Below, piece by piece: positions 27,003 to 42,543 of a DNA stretch of 64,000 nucleotides. A program made the translations under genes and the position numbers. Source of the DNA: Lophium mytilinum (taxonomy: Eukaryota); assembly GCA_010093605.1 (NCBI GenBank), contig MU004199.1, forward strand, positions 372,001 to 436,000, in the 5' to 3' direction. The notes under the pieces are model-generated. The model did not search any database. It had not been told where the DNA came from and saw only the letters and a list, made by a program, of their open reading frames with translations. Position 1 is the first letter of the stretch. Every line of letters starts with the position of its first letter.

Positions 27003-27999
27003 CGTGTGCGGATTTGAAGGGACAGGGGATGGAAATTCTACAATTTGGTCGTCCTCGGCGGCTCTTAAGGGCGTGTACTCGGTGGCCACGGGGACGGTGA
27101 ACGGGATTGCGTGATAACTCGCCCCGGCAGCAGTTCGAAGCTTGTCCAGATTACTGTCGTGCTACAGTGGCCTCGAGCTCCAGCATTGGTGGAATCCCAC
27201 GATCGGCAACGGGTACGACGGTAACATTTACGAACAACATGCGGGGGACACAACAACGGCAGCTGATGTACAAATGGAAATTATCTAGTGCATATTCGGA
27301 GCCTACAGCCGCGAGGCTATTCAGGTCCCGATACCGCTTCCCTTCATTTGCTGATTACAGATCCCACAACCTGTGTGCCGGTAGCGTTGACAGGGCCGAT
27401 CGTGGAACAGCGGCAGAAACTCTGTTCTGACGGTACTCCGGGCAGCCCGTATCCATCGAGGCATCATGCTGTTGATGTCAAAGATGGAATTGGCAGGAAA
27501 TCAGCAATTCATTGGGTATCCTTATGAGGATGCATCCACTCCACGGCAACACCACATCAATAGAACTGAGGACTGCCGTAATGCATCAAATCACTTCCAT
27601 CGACTGCCTCTAATTCAACGGAGGCTAGATACAAGCTCCTAAAGCTTAAAGCTTCATAAGCTCTCCGACGTGGAAAGTGGGGAAGATGAGATGGTGGCGC
27701 GGGGAACAGCTGACGAGGCGGGACGAAAGCTGTGGAGCTGCTCGTCGTATGAGACCCCTTGACCGAGTTCGCATTCTTGAGCGGCATTTTCCCTGTGATG
27801 CTCCAAGAAATTGTGGGTATCAGCGGGAGTCAATATTTTGTCCCGTTACCCCTCCAACTACATATCGTGGCGTCTCCCCTTCAATTACATACGGCACAGT
27901 TACCACCCCTGCAACTCCAACGGTTGCCATTTTATCATAGGATTCGGTCCTGATCTTTCTTTCCCGTCACCGAATTTCACGTCGCGTTTGAGAAGGTGA

Positions 28000-30153
<2,154 letters not shown>

Positions 30154-30309
30154 GGGTAAGGGGCATGTTAGATAACCTGACTGATAGAATATAGAAGATC
30201 TCCATCAAGATCCATGCACTCAAAAGAGTGCCAACCTGGCCCAGTAATGCAGTATTGGTAGTAAGGATTTTATTCTAAGGCTCAAGAATTAGTACAGGTA
30301 AATTTCCTC

Positions 30310-30540
30310 CGCGCTACGTGTGCCCCAGCGTAGTCCATTTTGCTAGAACCATTCTCAAATTAGACCGCGTAAGATATTACACAGTAAGTACAGAGAGTAC
30401 GCAAAGGGGTACGCTACGTATACCATGGCGTAGTCCTTTGTTTCATAATAATTGACATAAGTGACCATGTGAGAGCATAAATAGTAACCGCAGATAGTAC
30501 GCACAGGGGTACGCTACGTATGCCCCAGCGTAGTCCCTTT
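30310..30540. repeat. degenerate 100-bp tandem repeat x3
   Basis: CGCTACGTRT.CC...GCGTAGTCC at 30312, 30412 and 30512. Confidence 0.7.
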
Positions 30541-30822
30541 CCTTAGAAGAAATTACAGATCTCACCGCGTGAGAGAATTTTCCATAGATCCGGATGGCAC
30601 ACCAAGAGGTATGACCCCGACGGTCTTGTGAGACACTTTGAGCTCGAGGAAATCGTCACGTGACAAGAACGACCATGATCAGTGTCAGGGACTCTAGTAA
30701 TGGAACTTAAAGATATTAAGGAAATGAAATGCCGTTCAAAAGTTGAGGCTGCCAATGGTATCAAACTCCGCTAACCAGAATACCTACCCCAATTCCTCTT
30801 CACCATGGCCCACGAACGATGC

Positions 30823-31695
30823 TCAGCCAGCTTGAATAACCCTCCTTACATCAAATACCGTCGCCGCCTTTTTCTTCTTCTTTTCTTCTCCAGCAAGCTC
30901 CCCACCTTCCTGCACTCCCCTCTGATTACTCACCGCCCGCACCCCAAATACCACAAAATCCGTCGTCCAATGCGTGCACCCGAAAACCCACGTCCTCACC
31001 CCCGTCCAATCCCATCCAGCCAGCAAATCCGTCGCCCCAGCACTGCACCACGGCGAGTCCACAGCCCACGGCGCATTACACTCCCTCATAGCCGGCGCAT
31101 GGTGCGTCACAACCAACAAACTCCTCTCCGGCCGCCCATCCAACGCGATCTCCCCCGCAAACCGCCGATTCGCACTAACCTGACTCTTCAGCCAACTAAC
31201 ATCATCCGCGTGGGCAGCATTCTGCGCTTCCACGCTCCAGTGCTCAATGTTTCTGAAATCAGGCACCCTCGCCACCACAGCCGCCGCTGCGGACTCCGGA
31301 ATCCGCGACCACAGCGTACACCCCAGCACGCTCAGATTCGTCCCCGGCAGATCGTACTTTTGCTGATGCAGCAAGATGAGCTTTCCCTTTAGCGCGGGCT
31401 CGGCTTCTAGTCGTTTGGCGGCTGCGATGCCGGCGTTGAAGCTTAGGCCGTGGAATTCGGTGGCGCCGAGGACGAGGAAGACGCGCTCGAAGAGGGTAGT
31501 GCGGCGGACGAGGAAGCCGAGGTAGGCGTCGTAGTCGGCGAGGCGGCCGATGTCGCCGGCGAGGATGAGGTTGGGAGCAGAGATAGGGAGGTCGAAGGTG
31601 GCGTATTGGTCGGAGTGTTCGAGGTGGAGGTCGGAGAGGATTTGGAACGGGGTGGTGGGGGTGCTGCGGGAGAAGAGGGAGGAGAGGCGTTTCAT
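30823..31695 (-). CDS. calcineurin-like metallophosphoesterase
   Basis: ILSDLHLE, LAGDIG, VVTHHAP motifs; the GNHE and GHTH positions read GATE and GCTH. Confidence 0.85.
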   Translation of the reverse strand: MKRLSSLFSRSTPTTPFQILSDLHLEHSDQYATFDLPISAPNLILAGDIGRLADYDAYLGFLVRRTTLFERVFLVLGATEFHGLSFNAGIAAAKRLEAEPALKGKLILLHQQKYDLPGTNLSVLGCTLWSRIPESAAAAVVARVPDFRNIEHWSVEAQNAAHADDVSWLKSQVSANRRFAGEIALDGRPERSLLVVTHHAPAMRECNAPWAVDSPWCSAGATDLLAGWDWTGVRTWVFGCTHWTTDFVVFGVRAVSNQRGVQEGGELAGEEKKKKKAATVFDVRRVIQAG

Positions 31696-33430
31696 GTCGA
31701 CGGGGGGTTGATGATAGAATATGTAGGCGTATGGAGATAGACAGAGTGAGTGATGGGTCGTAGGAGCTCTATAAGGGAACAGATGATTGAGAGTTTGATC
31801 TCAGCTAGGCCTAGGTCGCAGCATGGAGGCCCTGGTTTTTTCAAGATGTTCAGCTCGAAGAGTGCTCTGTTGCCCCTCGAGATTGCCTTTCTTGTGATAT
31901 AGATAAAACGGATGGAAAGCGGTCGATGATGACCGAGAGCCAAGATGGGGTAAGGCTGTGAAGAGGGTCATTGCTTTTGTTGCTAGACCAATTTAGGCCC
32001 AGCATTGTCTACATTTTCACCAGAACAATTCCGACCTTGAACAGTAAAGGCGCACTTTGGTCTTCTGCCGCAATTTCGCAAACAATGTTCTATCCATTTC
32101 AGTATCTATGGCTGTCAGTAAGTCACGTGATGCTGTACGATTACTAAGCCGTGGTCTCAATCTCAACGTCAATCTATCTGCTACGATGCTTCATCTCCAA
32201 CTCTTATTCAACCCGCGCTAACTCCCATGCCTTCATACTAAGCTCGTCTTTACCATTCGAAAATGCTATCATTGCATTTCGAACTGAACCCGTTTTGTTC
32301 AATATCTTCGCTGGAACTGGTGGATGAGTCTGCACCATCAGCATCATCCGGCTAAATACGTTGACTCCCCTCGCCTTGACTACGATCGATGTTTGTCTCG
32401 TGTTCAGCGTTCTTTCCACCATGCTTACAGTCGACGGGCGCCCTCGAATTTCATTCGTGAAGCCCATTTCTTTATTCAGAAGGCGTTTAGCAAGAAGATC
32501 GATGCATCGTCGAACGTGTGATGCAGCCACCTCTTCAGATCGATTTCTTTTCACATTTTCGATATTCCGAGAAACGCCACGAAAATCAAATCAGGATGCT
32601 CGATATTCCCCTCCGCCTTGGCACCTCTCTCCCTGCTCCAGCTGCTCAAAGAATAGTGGGGATCTCCGTTCCCGGAAGGTGGTAACGAATAGAATTGAGG
32701 CAATATAAGATTCTCCCAGGGATACGACAGGCGCTGGGAACGACAAGCATCGCCGGTGGAATTGCAGATCCGCTGCAGCTTCCTACTTTAAGGGGATGCC
32801 AGCACTTGGTCTTCGCGCTTTGCTCCTGGCTACATGATCTTTCTCCCTAGACGCAGATACGAAGCTGAATATATTTCTTCTGGGTTCTCAACCAGGCGCG
32901 TTCGTTTGACATCCAGGTCTACGCCCCACTTGGGGCATCCAAGGCGCCACACTGTCCTTGGACTCTCGGTAGGCTGTCTCTCGCTTCCAGGTCAGCACAG
33001 ACGTCGAATGAGTCGGATACGGTCTGGACTCATCAATTAGCACCATATTTTGCAGTGCGCATGCTTTCCACTTTCCGTCAAATTGCTGCTTCCACGATGT
33101 ACCACCTTCATGCAAAGACTCGCTTCACCATACACTACAATCATCAAATTATGCCTCCAAGAATAGATTTCTAGATAGATTCGCGGCTAGCTTGAAGATT
33201 ACCCCGGTATGAGGCATCTTTACCATCTCCTGCCTTGCGGATCCTTTTTCCGTACCGCATCTCGGCCGGATCAATTTTTAATGCCGGTACATAAGACTGC
33301 ATTCATGCGCCGTCGTTCAGGCACCAGATATAAGTCATCTTTCCACTCATATACAAGCTCTTCAAGTCATAAAAGGCTGATCCATCCAGAATCAGCGTGG
33401 CACAAGCGGGTTTTTCCATCAGCAGCCACC

Positions 33431-34711
33431 ATGAAGCTATTAACCCTTCCTGCCCTCCTCAGCCTCCCCCTCCTACCCACCGCCTTCTCCTACCCCGGCA
33501 TGGCAACCGCCTTCTCTTCCCTCCACCACCACACCTCCCGCGCCGACGACGACCCAAAAGAGCTCATCGGAGATCTTCTTACCCTTGCCGACTCCAAGCT
33601 TACACCCATTGGCAAAGACATCAAAGCCATCCTCCTCGGCACCCTCACCGCCGAATCCAGCACCATCGACACCTCCATCCCCTCCGCCCTCGGCTCCTCC
33701 GCCTGCGCCGCTAACACCTGCTGCGTCTGGAAATGGATCGCCTACGACATGACCGCCAAGTTCAACGGCACATCCGGCCGCTGCACGCGTTTCGCTCGTG
33801 GTGCCGTCCGGTTGGGTTTCCACGACGCGGGCGCGTGGTCTAAGACGTCTAGCTACGGAGGCGCCGACGGCTCTATCCTGCTGACGGACGAGCTGAGCAG
33901 AACCGAGAATAACGGGCTGGCGGATGTGGGAGCGTGGATGAAGACGCTGTATAATAAGTATCACCAGTACGGCGTCGGGATGGCGGATTTGATCCAGATG
34001 GGCGCTACGGTTGCTGCTGTTGTGTGTCCGCTTGGTCCGCGCATTCGCTCATTTGTGGGGAGGGTGGATAATGCGAAGGCGGCGCCGACGGGGCTGTTGC
34101 CGGATGTGAATGATTCAGCGGATACGTTGATTGCTTTGTTCAAGGCGAAGACGGTTGATTCGCATGGGCTGGCGGCGTTGGTGGGCGCGCATACGACGAG
34201 CCAGCAGCATTTTGTGGATACGGAGAGGGATGGCGATCCACAGGATAGTACGCCGGGGGTGTGGGATGTCAAGTTTTATGGAGAGACGCTGAATAGCGTG
34301 CCGCCGAGAGTGTTTAAGTTTGCGAGTGATGAGAAGCTATCGGTTGATTCGAGGACGGCGGATGAGTGGAACGAGTTTGTTGGGGATCAGGCACACTGGA
34401 ATGAAGTAAGTTTTACTATCCAAAGCCCGTTGTTGGTTGCTTCTTGCTTACATTTTGGGTAGGACTACGCGCAGGAGTACGTTCGGCTTAGTTTGCTTGG
34501 GGTAAACAATATCAACAACCTCCAAGAGTGTACCAAGGTTCTGCCGCCGCGCGTCAACTCTTTCGTTGCACAAGATCAGGCTGTGTTGGATCTCTGGTTG
34601 CAAGGCCAGTTCGATCAGCTGAATTCGCTCGTAGATGATGCGGTTTTGTTAACTGGCTTTAGCAGCACGACAACCACTGGGAAGGATCGAAGAGAGCCAT
34701 TTGAGGAATAG
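33431..34711 (+). CDS. secreted fungal heme peroxidase (class II-like)
   Basis: Signal peptide MKLLTLPALLSLPLLPTAFS; distal RLGFHDA, GADGS, proximal LVGAHT; intron 34406-34462. Confidence 0.9.
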
Positions 34712-36553
34712 TCGGGTTCTCGTTTCCAATTCCTTTTCCTTGTATGTCTTCGATCGGCATAGATCGTGGCTTCTTTTTATCAAAGAGAATCGCGCGAAGT
34801 TGGTTATTGAATGCCTCGCACCATGTATCTGTCAGCCGTCATTCGGAGGAGTGATCGATCTTGGATTGGAAAGCCCATAACCGTACATCTTGGGTTGAAG
34901 TTAGTTCTCCCCTTGAGGGTCGCCTGACGCCGTCGGAGTGCTATCAACCTTGTTCCTCTCATGACGAAGATTGAAGCCGCTGGGTAATCATATTGAAATG
35001 CCGATGTTGAGGATAAAGACTGCGGACGGGCGGAGGTCCATGAAGCTAAGACCTTTACATTGAATTCTGCCTCCTCTTATCCCCTCAAAGGGCCTCTAAC
35101 GCCGTCGTCATGATGTTGCTCTCAAACGAGGTATGAAGGGCCGAGTAATGGGTTTCTAAAAAATGTTGTACATCAGTACCTGGTGGACGGAGACAGATAT
35201 ATGACGCTGAGGATGATAGGTCTTGTGTTAGAAATAGTGGCGCATTCGAGGACTTCCAAGCGCCTGCATTCTGGTGCTTCTTTTTCCTTTGCGGTTGCGA
35301 GAAATGAAGCTTTGAGAATAAGCATCCGAAAGTAATGGAGGCTTTGAGCAAGTTTTGGTGTGCTCCAGATTCACAGTGCGAGCAACTCTGACACTGATGG
35401 TGTCACCCGTATCTCCATTCAAGCACCTCTGACAGCGTCGTCTATGTAACAAACCCTCCTTTGGAATGCGAGATGTGGAGTGTTGGGAATTGGTCTTCCA
35501 GCCAAGAATGGGACACCGGTGTGCTGTGGGCGAGCCCAGATCTACGAAGCCTGGCATGAAGCATTCTGTGTAGATCTAACTTTACTCCCGGAGGTACGTC
35601 TGCCATCGTCGTTTCGACGTCAATTCATCTTTTCTTGCCACGAATGGGAAGACTCAAGAATAGGCTTTCCGAATGATAGCAGGAATTGAGTTCGCTGTGG
35701 ATATGTCCAGATCTGGTAAGCTCGGGTTGGTACGATAGATGTCGAGCCCTGTCAGCTCCACAGGGGCAGTCTGCCAGCGCTGAGGTCGTGTTGTTCTTGA
35801 TTTCCAGGCGTCCGAATCAGAAGGTAGGTCCACCAGCGTCCGCAAGGGTGACAACAAACTGCAATCCCGTCCATCGTTTCTGATTTAACTCAGCATTTTA
35901 CATCGTAGTATCTTCGAAGAAATCTTGTTAAGGACCTCCTGCCAGTGTCATCGCCGTCTTGCTCACTTTTCGCATGTTCCTGAATTGAAGGGCCCATTCA
36001 CTAGCCTCCCGGACCCGGGTGGCGATCGTCTTTGTTCTGGCTGGGCGCTGATGTGGATACCGTAGAACAGTACGTCTTCTCATCATTCCATGTCATCATT
36101 GAAGGCCTCCGAACAGTGGTGTGCAGAGTTCCTCTTGCCCGGCAAGTGCTGAGATTGCAAGGCTGAGTCGTTGGCATCCATAATCGAGGGAGTAATTGCT
36201 CGTTCCATGACCACGCTTCAAAATGAATAGCCTGGGTATTAGATGATAGGCGTGCTGTAATCATCTCCATGAAGCACGTCAGACGGTGTCATGCTGTTGC
36301 CATTCTCCTCTCACTAAAACCAGATCTGCCATGTTGGTTCATCCGTATACGAAACCGGAGTCGGAATCGGGTATGCTCCTTTTTCAAATGCAATAATCTG
36401 AAACCCTCGAGCCATCCAGTTCCTGCATAAAGCGAGAAGGAGGATGGCCCGAAGGCCCTGGTCGTGCGCCCCAGGAAAATCATAGCGTAGCAACGGGGTC
36501 TGAGGGTGGGAGACGGCTCAGCTTGAACTCGACGGATATGGGCGACACTCACC

Positions 36554-37459
36554 TCATAATAGGATGACGCAAGCGTTGGCCCAACAGCGGCAGGCGTGGT
36601 ACTTGTCCATACCGCTGCGGACACGAGCAGTTGACACCATAAGAGACTCTTCAAAGGGGCCATTTTCAAGGTGCAAGAATTCAGGTTGTTCCTCCATGAA
36701 AGCCTTCACGATTTCAAAGAAATGGCGGCCGGCTTTCACGTGGAGGGCCTGAAATTCGTCCCCGTCGCTGGCCCCTCTTACTAAGGCCTCCCACTCGACG
36801 TTAGCTGCATACTCAATGGGAATTCTACCAGGAACGCATTCATCCGTCAGGTAGCGCTCCTTCGGGTGCGTCACACTGGTAATTCCATATTGAGCAGCAG
36901 TGATATCGAGTGCCCATTCGTCATCGGCAAGTGTCTGAAGTATGAGGAGTACGTGGCTTGTCTGGTCATTCCGAGTCTCGGTGCCAGAGCACAGGTGGAG
37001 GGCCATATGGCATACGGTTTGCGGGGATTCAACGGCGAGGATGCTGACTTTCTTTAGCGGAGAATCGAGAGATTCTAAATCAAGCATTAGTGCCCTTGTT
37101 GTAGACAACACGCTATCCTTAAACTTACTTTGAAACATCTCTACGACTTTATGGGTCACCGCAAGTGACAGGTCGCACTGCTTGTACAGCAACACAGCAG
37201 ACTTCTCGAGCGCAAACTCCGGCTTTTGTAACCAGTCCGGCAACGGACGGTTTGGCAACGGCCAGGCTCCACGAACTGCATTTGTACTCAGAACGTGCAG
37301 GACGTCTTCTTTCCAGTACACGTTGTATATATCGCGATCTAAGAGGCTCTCCACATAAGCCGAGTACCAGGACTTCAGAGCTAGGCCTGCATTTCGCACC
37401 CATTGTCTCTGCTTTCGCAGGGCGCATTCTTCAGCACAAAGGGTTGACAAAGACGGCAT
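36554..37459 (-). CDS. Cys-His-Asp family member TG4
   Basis: Likely ATG 37459; YKQCDLS; in-frame 54-nt intron 37128-37075 (GTAAGT..CTAAT..TAG) hidden in the ORF; SHVLLIL, ALDITAAQYG. Confidence 0.8.
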   Translation of the reverse strand: MPSLSTLCAEECALRKQRQWVRNAGLALKSWYSAYVESLLDRDIYNVYWKEDVLHVLSTNAVRGAWPLPNRPLPDWLQKPEFALEKSAVLLYKQCDLSLAVTHKVVEMFQSKFKDSVLSTTRALMLDLESLDSPLKKVSILAVESPQTVCHMALHLCSGTETRNDQTSHVLLILQTLADDEWALDITAAQYGITSVTHPKERYLTDECVPGRIPIEYAANVEWEALVRGASDGDEFQALHVKAGRHFFEIVKAFMEEQPEFLHLENGPFEESLMVSTARVRSGMDKYHACRCWANACVILL

Positions 37460-38120
37460 TTTCGCTGGATGTGACGTTTGAAACGAGATGTAGCAGCAGG
37501 AGAACGATAAGCTCACGAGTAGTCGAATTACGGTCAACATTGCCTTGTTGGGCAATAAGCGAGACCACTACCCACAACTCTCGGCTAACTTCACTCTCCT
37601 GCCATTGAAACGTGCCTTCTATTGTTCAGGCAATTTGATTATCTTGCCCCCTTCCTCGGGTCATTACGCACCGGCAGCCTGCGAAGCGTTACCTGCTTCC
37701 CCATCATCTATAGCTTCAAACCGAACAGAAAGACCCTGAACTACCTCGAGGGAGTTATGGCAACAATCAACAAGCGACCATTGATGTGTGATCCTTGTGT
37801 AGGTTTCATTGGCCGAATAATTGTTCAGTGAGCCCCTTCGTCCGGCCCTTGCTCGCCCTATTCCTTATTACTTAGATAGCGAGTAGCTCTATGCAAGCTT
37901 GAATCTACGTGGATTACGCACTCAAGTACGGTTCAAAATGCTGAAAATGTTGAGTTGGGACGCGGGCCCGTGCGGCGTCCTGCTCGCTCACTGTCTTGTT
38001 ATGGCAGAGACCTCGCTAGCGAACTTCACCCCCCAAGCAACCAGCCTCGATCGCTACAGCAAAATTGCACGCACCCTGAACTTCCTCAAGTCACACACGC
38101 ACACGGCCGTACAACTCACA

Positions 38121-38904
38121 ATGTCTCAAACGATAGACTTTGACACCGAAGCCGCCCGCTACCTCCACAACCTCCTCCACACCGTCCTCCTCGAAATCAC
38201 GCCGAAGAAGATCACCGCCGCCTGGGCAGAAAGACTTCCCGTCATCCAAGATGGCCATCAACACACCGCCGACGTCATAAGAGTCTACGAAGAGGAAGGG
38301 GAGGAGTGGCAAATGCCCGCAGACATCGACGCCGAGGCCGCCCGCGCACTCCTAGAGTCGAATCAGTGTGACGACGCGCCTGTGATCTTAGGCTCGATTA
38401 TAGCCGCTCTCTACGGAAGTACGTACATTTCTAGCCTGCTTTGGGACGCTTTTCTAACATATGGCAGTACGCAACGTCGAAGTCCTCACGCTCCGTGTCT
38501 ATCCGCGCCTGTACACCCTCAACCCCGGCGACCGCCTGAGCCCCAGACGGGTGCACACTGTGCTCCGAATTGGCGACAAGGTCCTCGACCTCACGGCGGG
38601 GCAGTTCGGTTTTAAGTGGTTGTTAGGCCCAGAGCGTGAATACCGGGACGAGTTCGTAGTGGAGGGACCGCCGGAAGTGTGCATCCCTTTGCAGGAAGCG
38701 TGGGAAGATATGCCGAGTCGTGATGGAGAGCTGAACGCTGTGTACAACTCGTTGAGGATTAGGCTCAAAAGGGAACAAGATAGCTGGCTGAGGGTGAACG
38801 GAGAGACGCTTAGAGGGGTTGTAATGGGAGAAGATGAAGAAAAGAGGCGGGATCTGTGGGAGAAACTGCGTGTTATTGCGGAGAGAGTGTGGCAGGAGAG
38901 GTAG
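38121..38904 (+). CDS. Cys-His-Asp family member TG5
   Basis: ATG 38121; NQCDDAPVILG; intron 38419-38467; VHTVLRIG, VLDLTAGQFG. Confidence 0.85.
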
Positions 38905-39877
38905 TGGTGAGAGTAGGGAGAGGGGGAGCGCTGTGTAGTTCGTTTGTAGGATATCCTGAGCAGAAGCAACGTCGTTGAAATCAAAGCTGATTCGTCGTCG
39001 ATTTGGAAATGCATTGCCGCTGTGAGGAGAGCCCTGGTAGGTTCTTATTCTAAAGCAGCAATGTCGAAGTCCAGGTAAGCCTTATCACCACCGCCGTAAC
39101 GGTACCCTTTCGTCCAAGTGATAGCAATGTCAAGACGGCCCTGGCTCCTTGTATAATCTTCAACATCATCTGCAATACTAGGTAAGCCATATCAGTACTA
39201 AGGCAAGATGATCAATTTGCTGCTGTGGTACCGCTATCAGGGGGGTCCTGACACTGTGCAAAATCTCTGCAGTAATCACAGATTACAGGCACGCTAGATT
39301 GGCATCATTGCAGATGGACGCCATTGGTACTATCATCTCACGCTCAGGGGAACCTAGGCGGTGCGTAATACCTCAAGAGCAATTACGTTCTCCTTGTCAG
39401 CTATATCAGCACCCCAGAAAGAACATCGATTTGCACCCATCTCGCCGCTATTAGAGTAGCCCCAGAGGTGCGTAAATTTTCCGAAGGAATGCCAATGTTC
39501 TTATGGGTCCTTTGCACCTTCTCAGAAACAGCGTTCATATCTAGAATTTTCGGTGGGCTTGCAAGCCTCAGGCTGGCTTCATAGTGGATCTTCATGCAGA
39601 CCTGATATAGAGGTTTAAATAGGCTAATTCAAGCCCTCGAAGATCATGCCTGGCTATCTTTGGGACTCAGCCGTCAAGAGTCAGACTCGGAGGTTCATAT
39701 CTCCTAGACCGTTGCTAGGTCTTGCTTCTAAAATCGCGGCGTCGATCTGCTTCATTCACCTGTTTGGTTGGTTCAAGTTTTCCTATACCTTACCCAATTG
39801 CCACAGTCGCCTCTTTCATGATACTGGAGTCCATCCCACCACCACACAGCCGAACCAAGATCTGTTAGCGCTCCAAT

Positions 39878-40732
39878 ATGCCCCCTTTAAAAGACCGCAT
39901 ACTGCAACGACTGCATCTAGCAAAGGCGATTTGGGATTCGCTCCGAGTAGCTTCCCATCCAACACACCTGATCCGGATCGTGGTCTCAAATCCTGTAGAG
40001 CTGCGAGGAATCAACGCAGAGAATGTGGCAGAGCACGGCTGGGCCATGCCAACCGACCTCAGCCCGGATGACAAAGCCGCTATCCTCACGTACGGTGGCT
40101 GTGACCAAAGTTGCTTCATTTTCATGAAATTACTCCCGTACATGCTTGGAGGTAAGTCTATCTCAAGCATCGGCCCGCCTTAACTTATGGTCTTACGGGC
40201 TGATGCTTCCTAACCAGAGGACTGGCAGGAGATCTCTTGGTATTGCATCGACCCCGTCCCATCCCGCAACGTCTGGGTCGGCACCGAACAAGAAAACCTC
40301 GACAACGCCCAGAGCGAATTCTTCCACAGCTATTTGCGGCTTGTTCTGAACGATAGCACCGTCTTTGCGGTGGATTTCACGCCCGAACAGTTTGGGTGGC
40401 CATTCGAGGTTATGGAAGCAGGCAAGTACGACAGGAAGTACAGCGCACCCGCTACAAGCCCTCAGCGAGTAGACTGGCTCCGCGAAGAGGCTGAAATGCC
40501 ACCGGAGACCTTCGATAAACTGTTGCGGGACTCTTTGCTGAGCTCTGTTCTGAGATTATGCGGCCATGTGAAGCCAACGGATGACTTGTTTGCGGGCATG
40601 TTTGAGCAATCTATCGCCAAGAGTGATGAGACACAACGAGCTTTACTGGAAGAGATTGGGCAAGATATCCGAGACTTCTGCCAGAGTTTCGATAAAGAGA
40701 GATGTTCCGTGCCAATCTGCCAAAGGGATTGA
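39878..40732 (+). CDS. Cys-His-Asp family member TG6
   Basis: GGCDQS; intron 40152-40217 (GTAAGT..CAG); FHSYLRL, AVDFTPEQFG. Confidence 0.85.
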
Positions 40733-42543
40733 TGCTCCAAAGAGCTGGTGTGCGTAAAGAAGCCCGCTAAACTCCGCGCATACTAGTTGTGCCGCTGTTA
40801 GGAGTTCCCCATTGGGGTAAGCACGACGTAGGCGTTATGTCAAGTTTCGGGCTACGTAATATATACATCCTTTTGACTGTGAGATATTCTCGTGACAGGG
40901 CCGCCCCTGACAGTGGCGTCCACCTTGCAAAAGCGACCCTGTAACGGTGATATCCGAGAGTCCAAATTTATAGCCTGGGACTGCACATCTACGGACATGA
41001 ATTCGGGCACGCCGTTGCCACTGTTGGGGCTGCCCCCGTTGGGCGACCGTAATTTAGATGTCATTTCATGTTTGAACAACGTAATCTGAGATTCCTCTTG
41101 ACCGAGAAGTATCCTCACCACCGGGTTGCCCCTGACAGTGGCATCTAGCGTGCAAATTTAGCGCTTGGGCAGTGATATCCGTGTGCCCGTAGTACTGTAG
41201 CGCGTTGAAGACCCTAGATTGACATATAGAGATGCCCGGGATAGATCTGCGGCGTCTGGAACTTTACATCGCACGCGGATAGCCGCAGTTAGTCCTGGGG
41301 TACCTGAACAATTATTCATATTGCCAAGTCTCAAGCAGATGTCTCTGCATCCAAGCGCTCAAGCGTTTCTATGACAGATCAGAGGATGTATATTCACGAG
41401 TGAGATAGGGCTTTCATCAGGTCTGGCAACATACTCCATAGACCTCGAAAGGTCCTGGGGCGTCTGAATGTTCAACGGCGTTAGGAAATCTGTAACGGGC
41501 ATTGCGCAACTTGGCTGTTTAGGAATTTGAATAGACGAGCAGTATAGTACCGAGACATCGATTTAGACACTCCTTACGACCGTTTGGGGTATTTTGCTTA
41601 GCTTTTGAATTTCGAAGTATGATGTAAAGGCTAACGTAGTAAATATTAGACTACCTTTTAACGAAGGAAAACCGCGCTAGTTAGGGTGTCCCTTACAGTG
41701 GTGTTCATTGAGCAAGATTGCAGCCAAAACGGCTAGATATCTGGGCCTTCATTATCTGTTTCGGATTTCACGTATCGGACTACGTTTTGGCTGGCCGGAC
41801 TCCGCGCAAAGGGGGTGCCCCTGACAGTGGTGTAGATTGAACAAAATTGAAGCCTAAGGACCTAGGCATCCGTAACGGTATGTCCATTTCATACAGTAGG
41901 TATCTGACTGCCTTTTGACTGGTTGGAAACCCGCCTGCTGGGGTACGTCCTACGGTGGTATCGAGTGAGCAGCATGAGAGCAAAAGCAGTGGTATATTCA
42001 GGCGCCCAAACTTACGCGGTGGTACTGTGAAAGCATATTACAGCAGGAGATTTACGTCGTCTTGAACATGACATCCTAAACTTGTAACCGTAGTTCGTGC
42101 TGTGCCATCTTCAATGGTATTAGGACTAGTCAGAAGTAAGCTATATGTCTTCGAATCTATCTATTCGGAAATTACGACTAGGGCCTACTATTTGAATAGG
42201 CAAGAATGAGATTCGCGTCGTATGGATCTTGACATCCAACAGTCATAAAAGTGATTAGGGCTGGGGGGTTTCGACATGTAGTGTGAGTTGCCAAACACTA
42301 TATGTACGTCTCTGCACTTAGCCACTCTTGTTGAGTGTTTCCAGGCGGCGCCACGAGGAGGCGACAGAGTCCGATTTCGCACACCCGCCTACGAATAGGC
42401 CCCTGGTTTTCGCACCAGGGAGCGGGTAGTTCACAACCCTCCTACTACCAAGGTATGGTTGAGGGTGACGGCCCAACCAGGAGAAATTGTGACGAGAGAG
42501 GGGGAGAAAGAGGGACTAGGACAGACGAGGAGGGCGGGAAAGA

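Noticed and set aside
32000..33100. Short ORFs between the phosphoesterase and the peroxidase
   Set aside because: No recognisable motif or consistent splice model.
34800..36500. Scattered short ORFs upstream of the main array
   Set aside because: No family motifs and no coherent gene model.
37460..37555. Hydrophobic N-terminal extension of ORF 36554..37555 as a signal peptide
   Set aside because: The ORF-track start is non-ATG and paralogue lengths favour ATG 37459, so there is no support for secretion.
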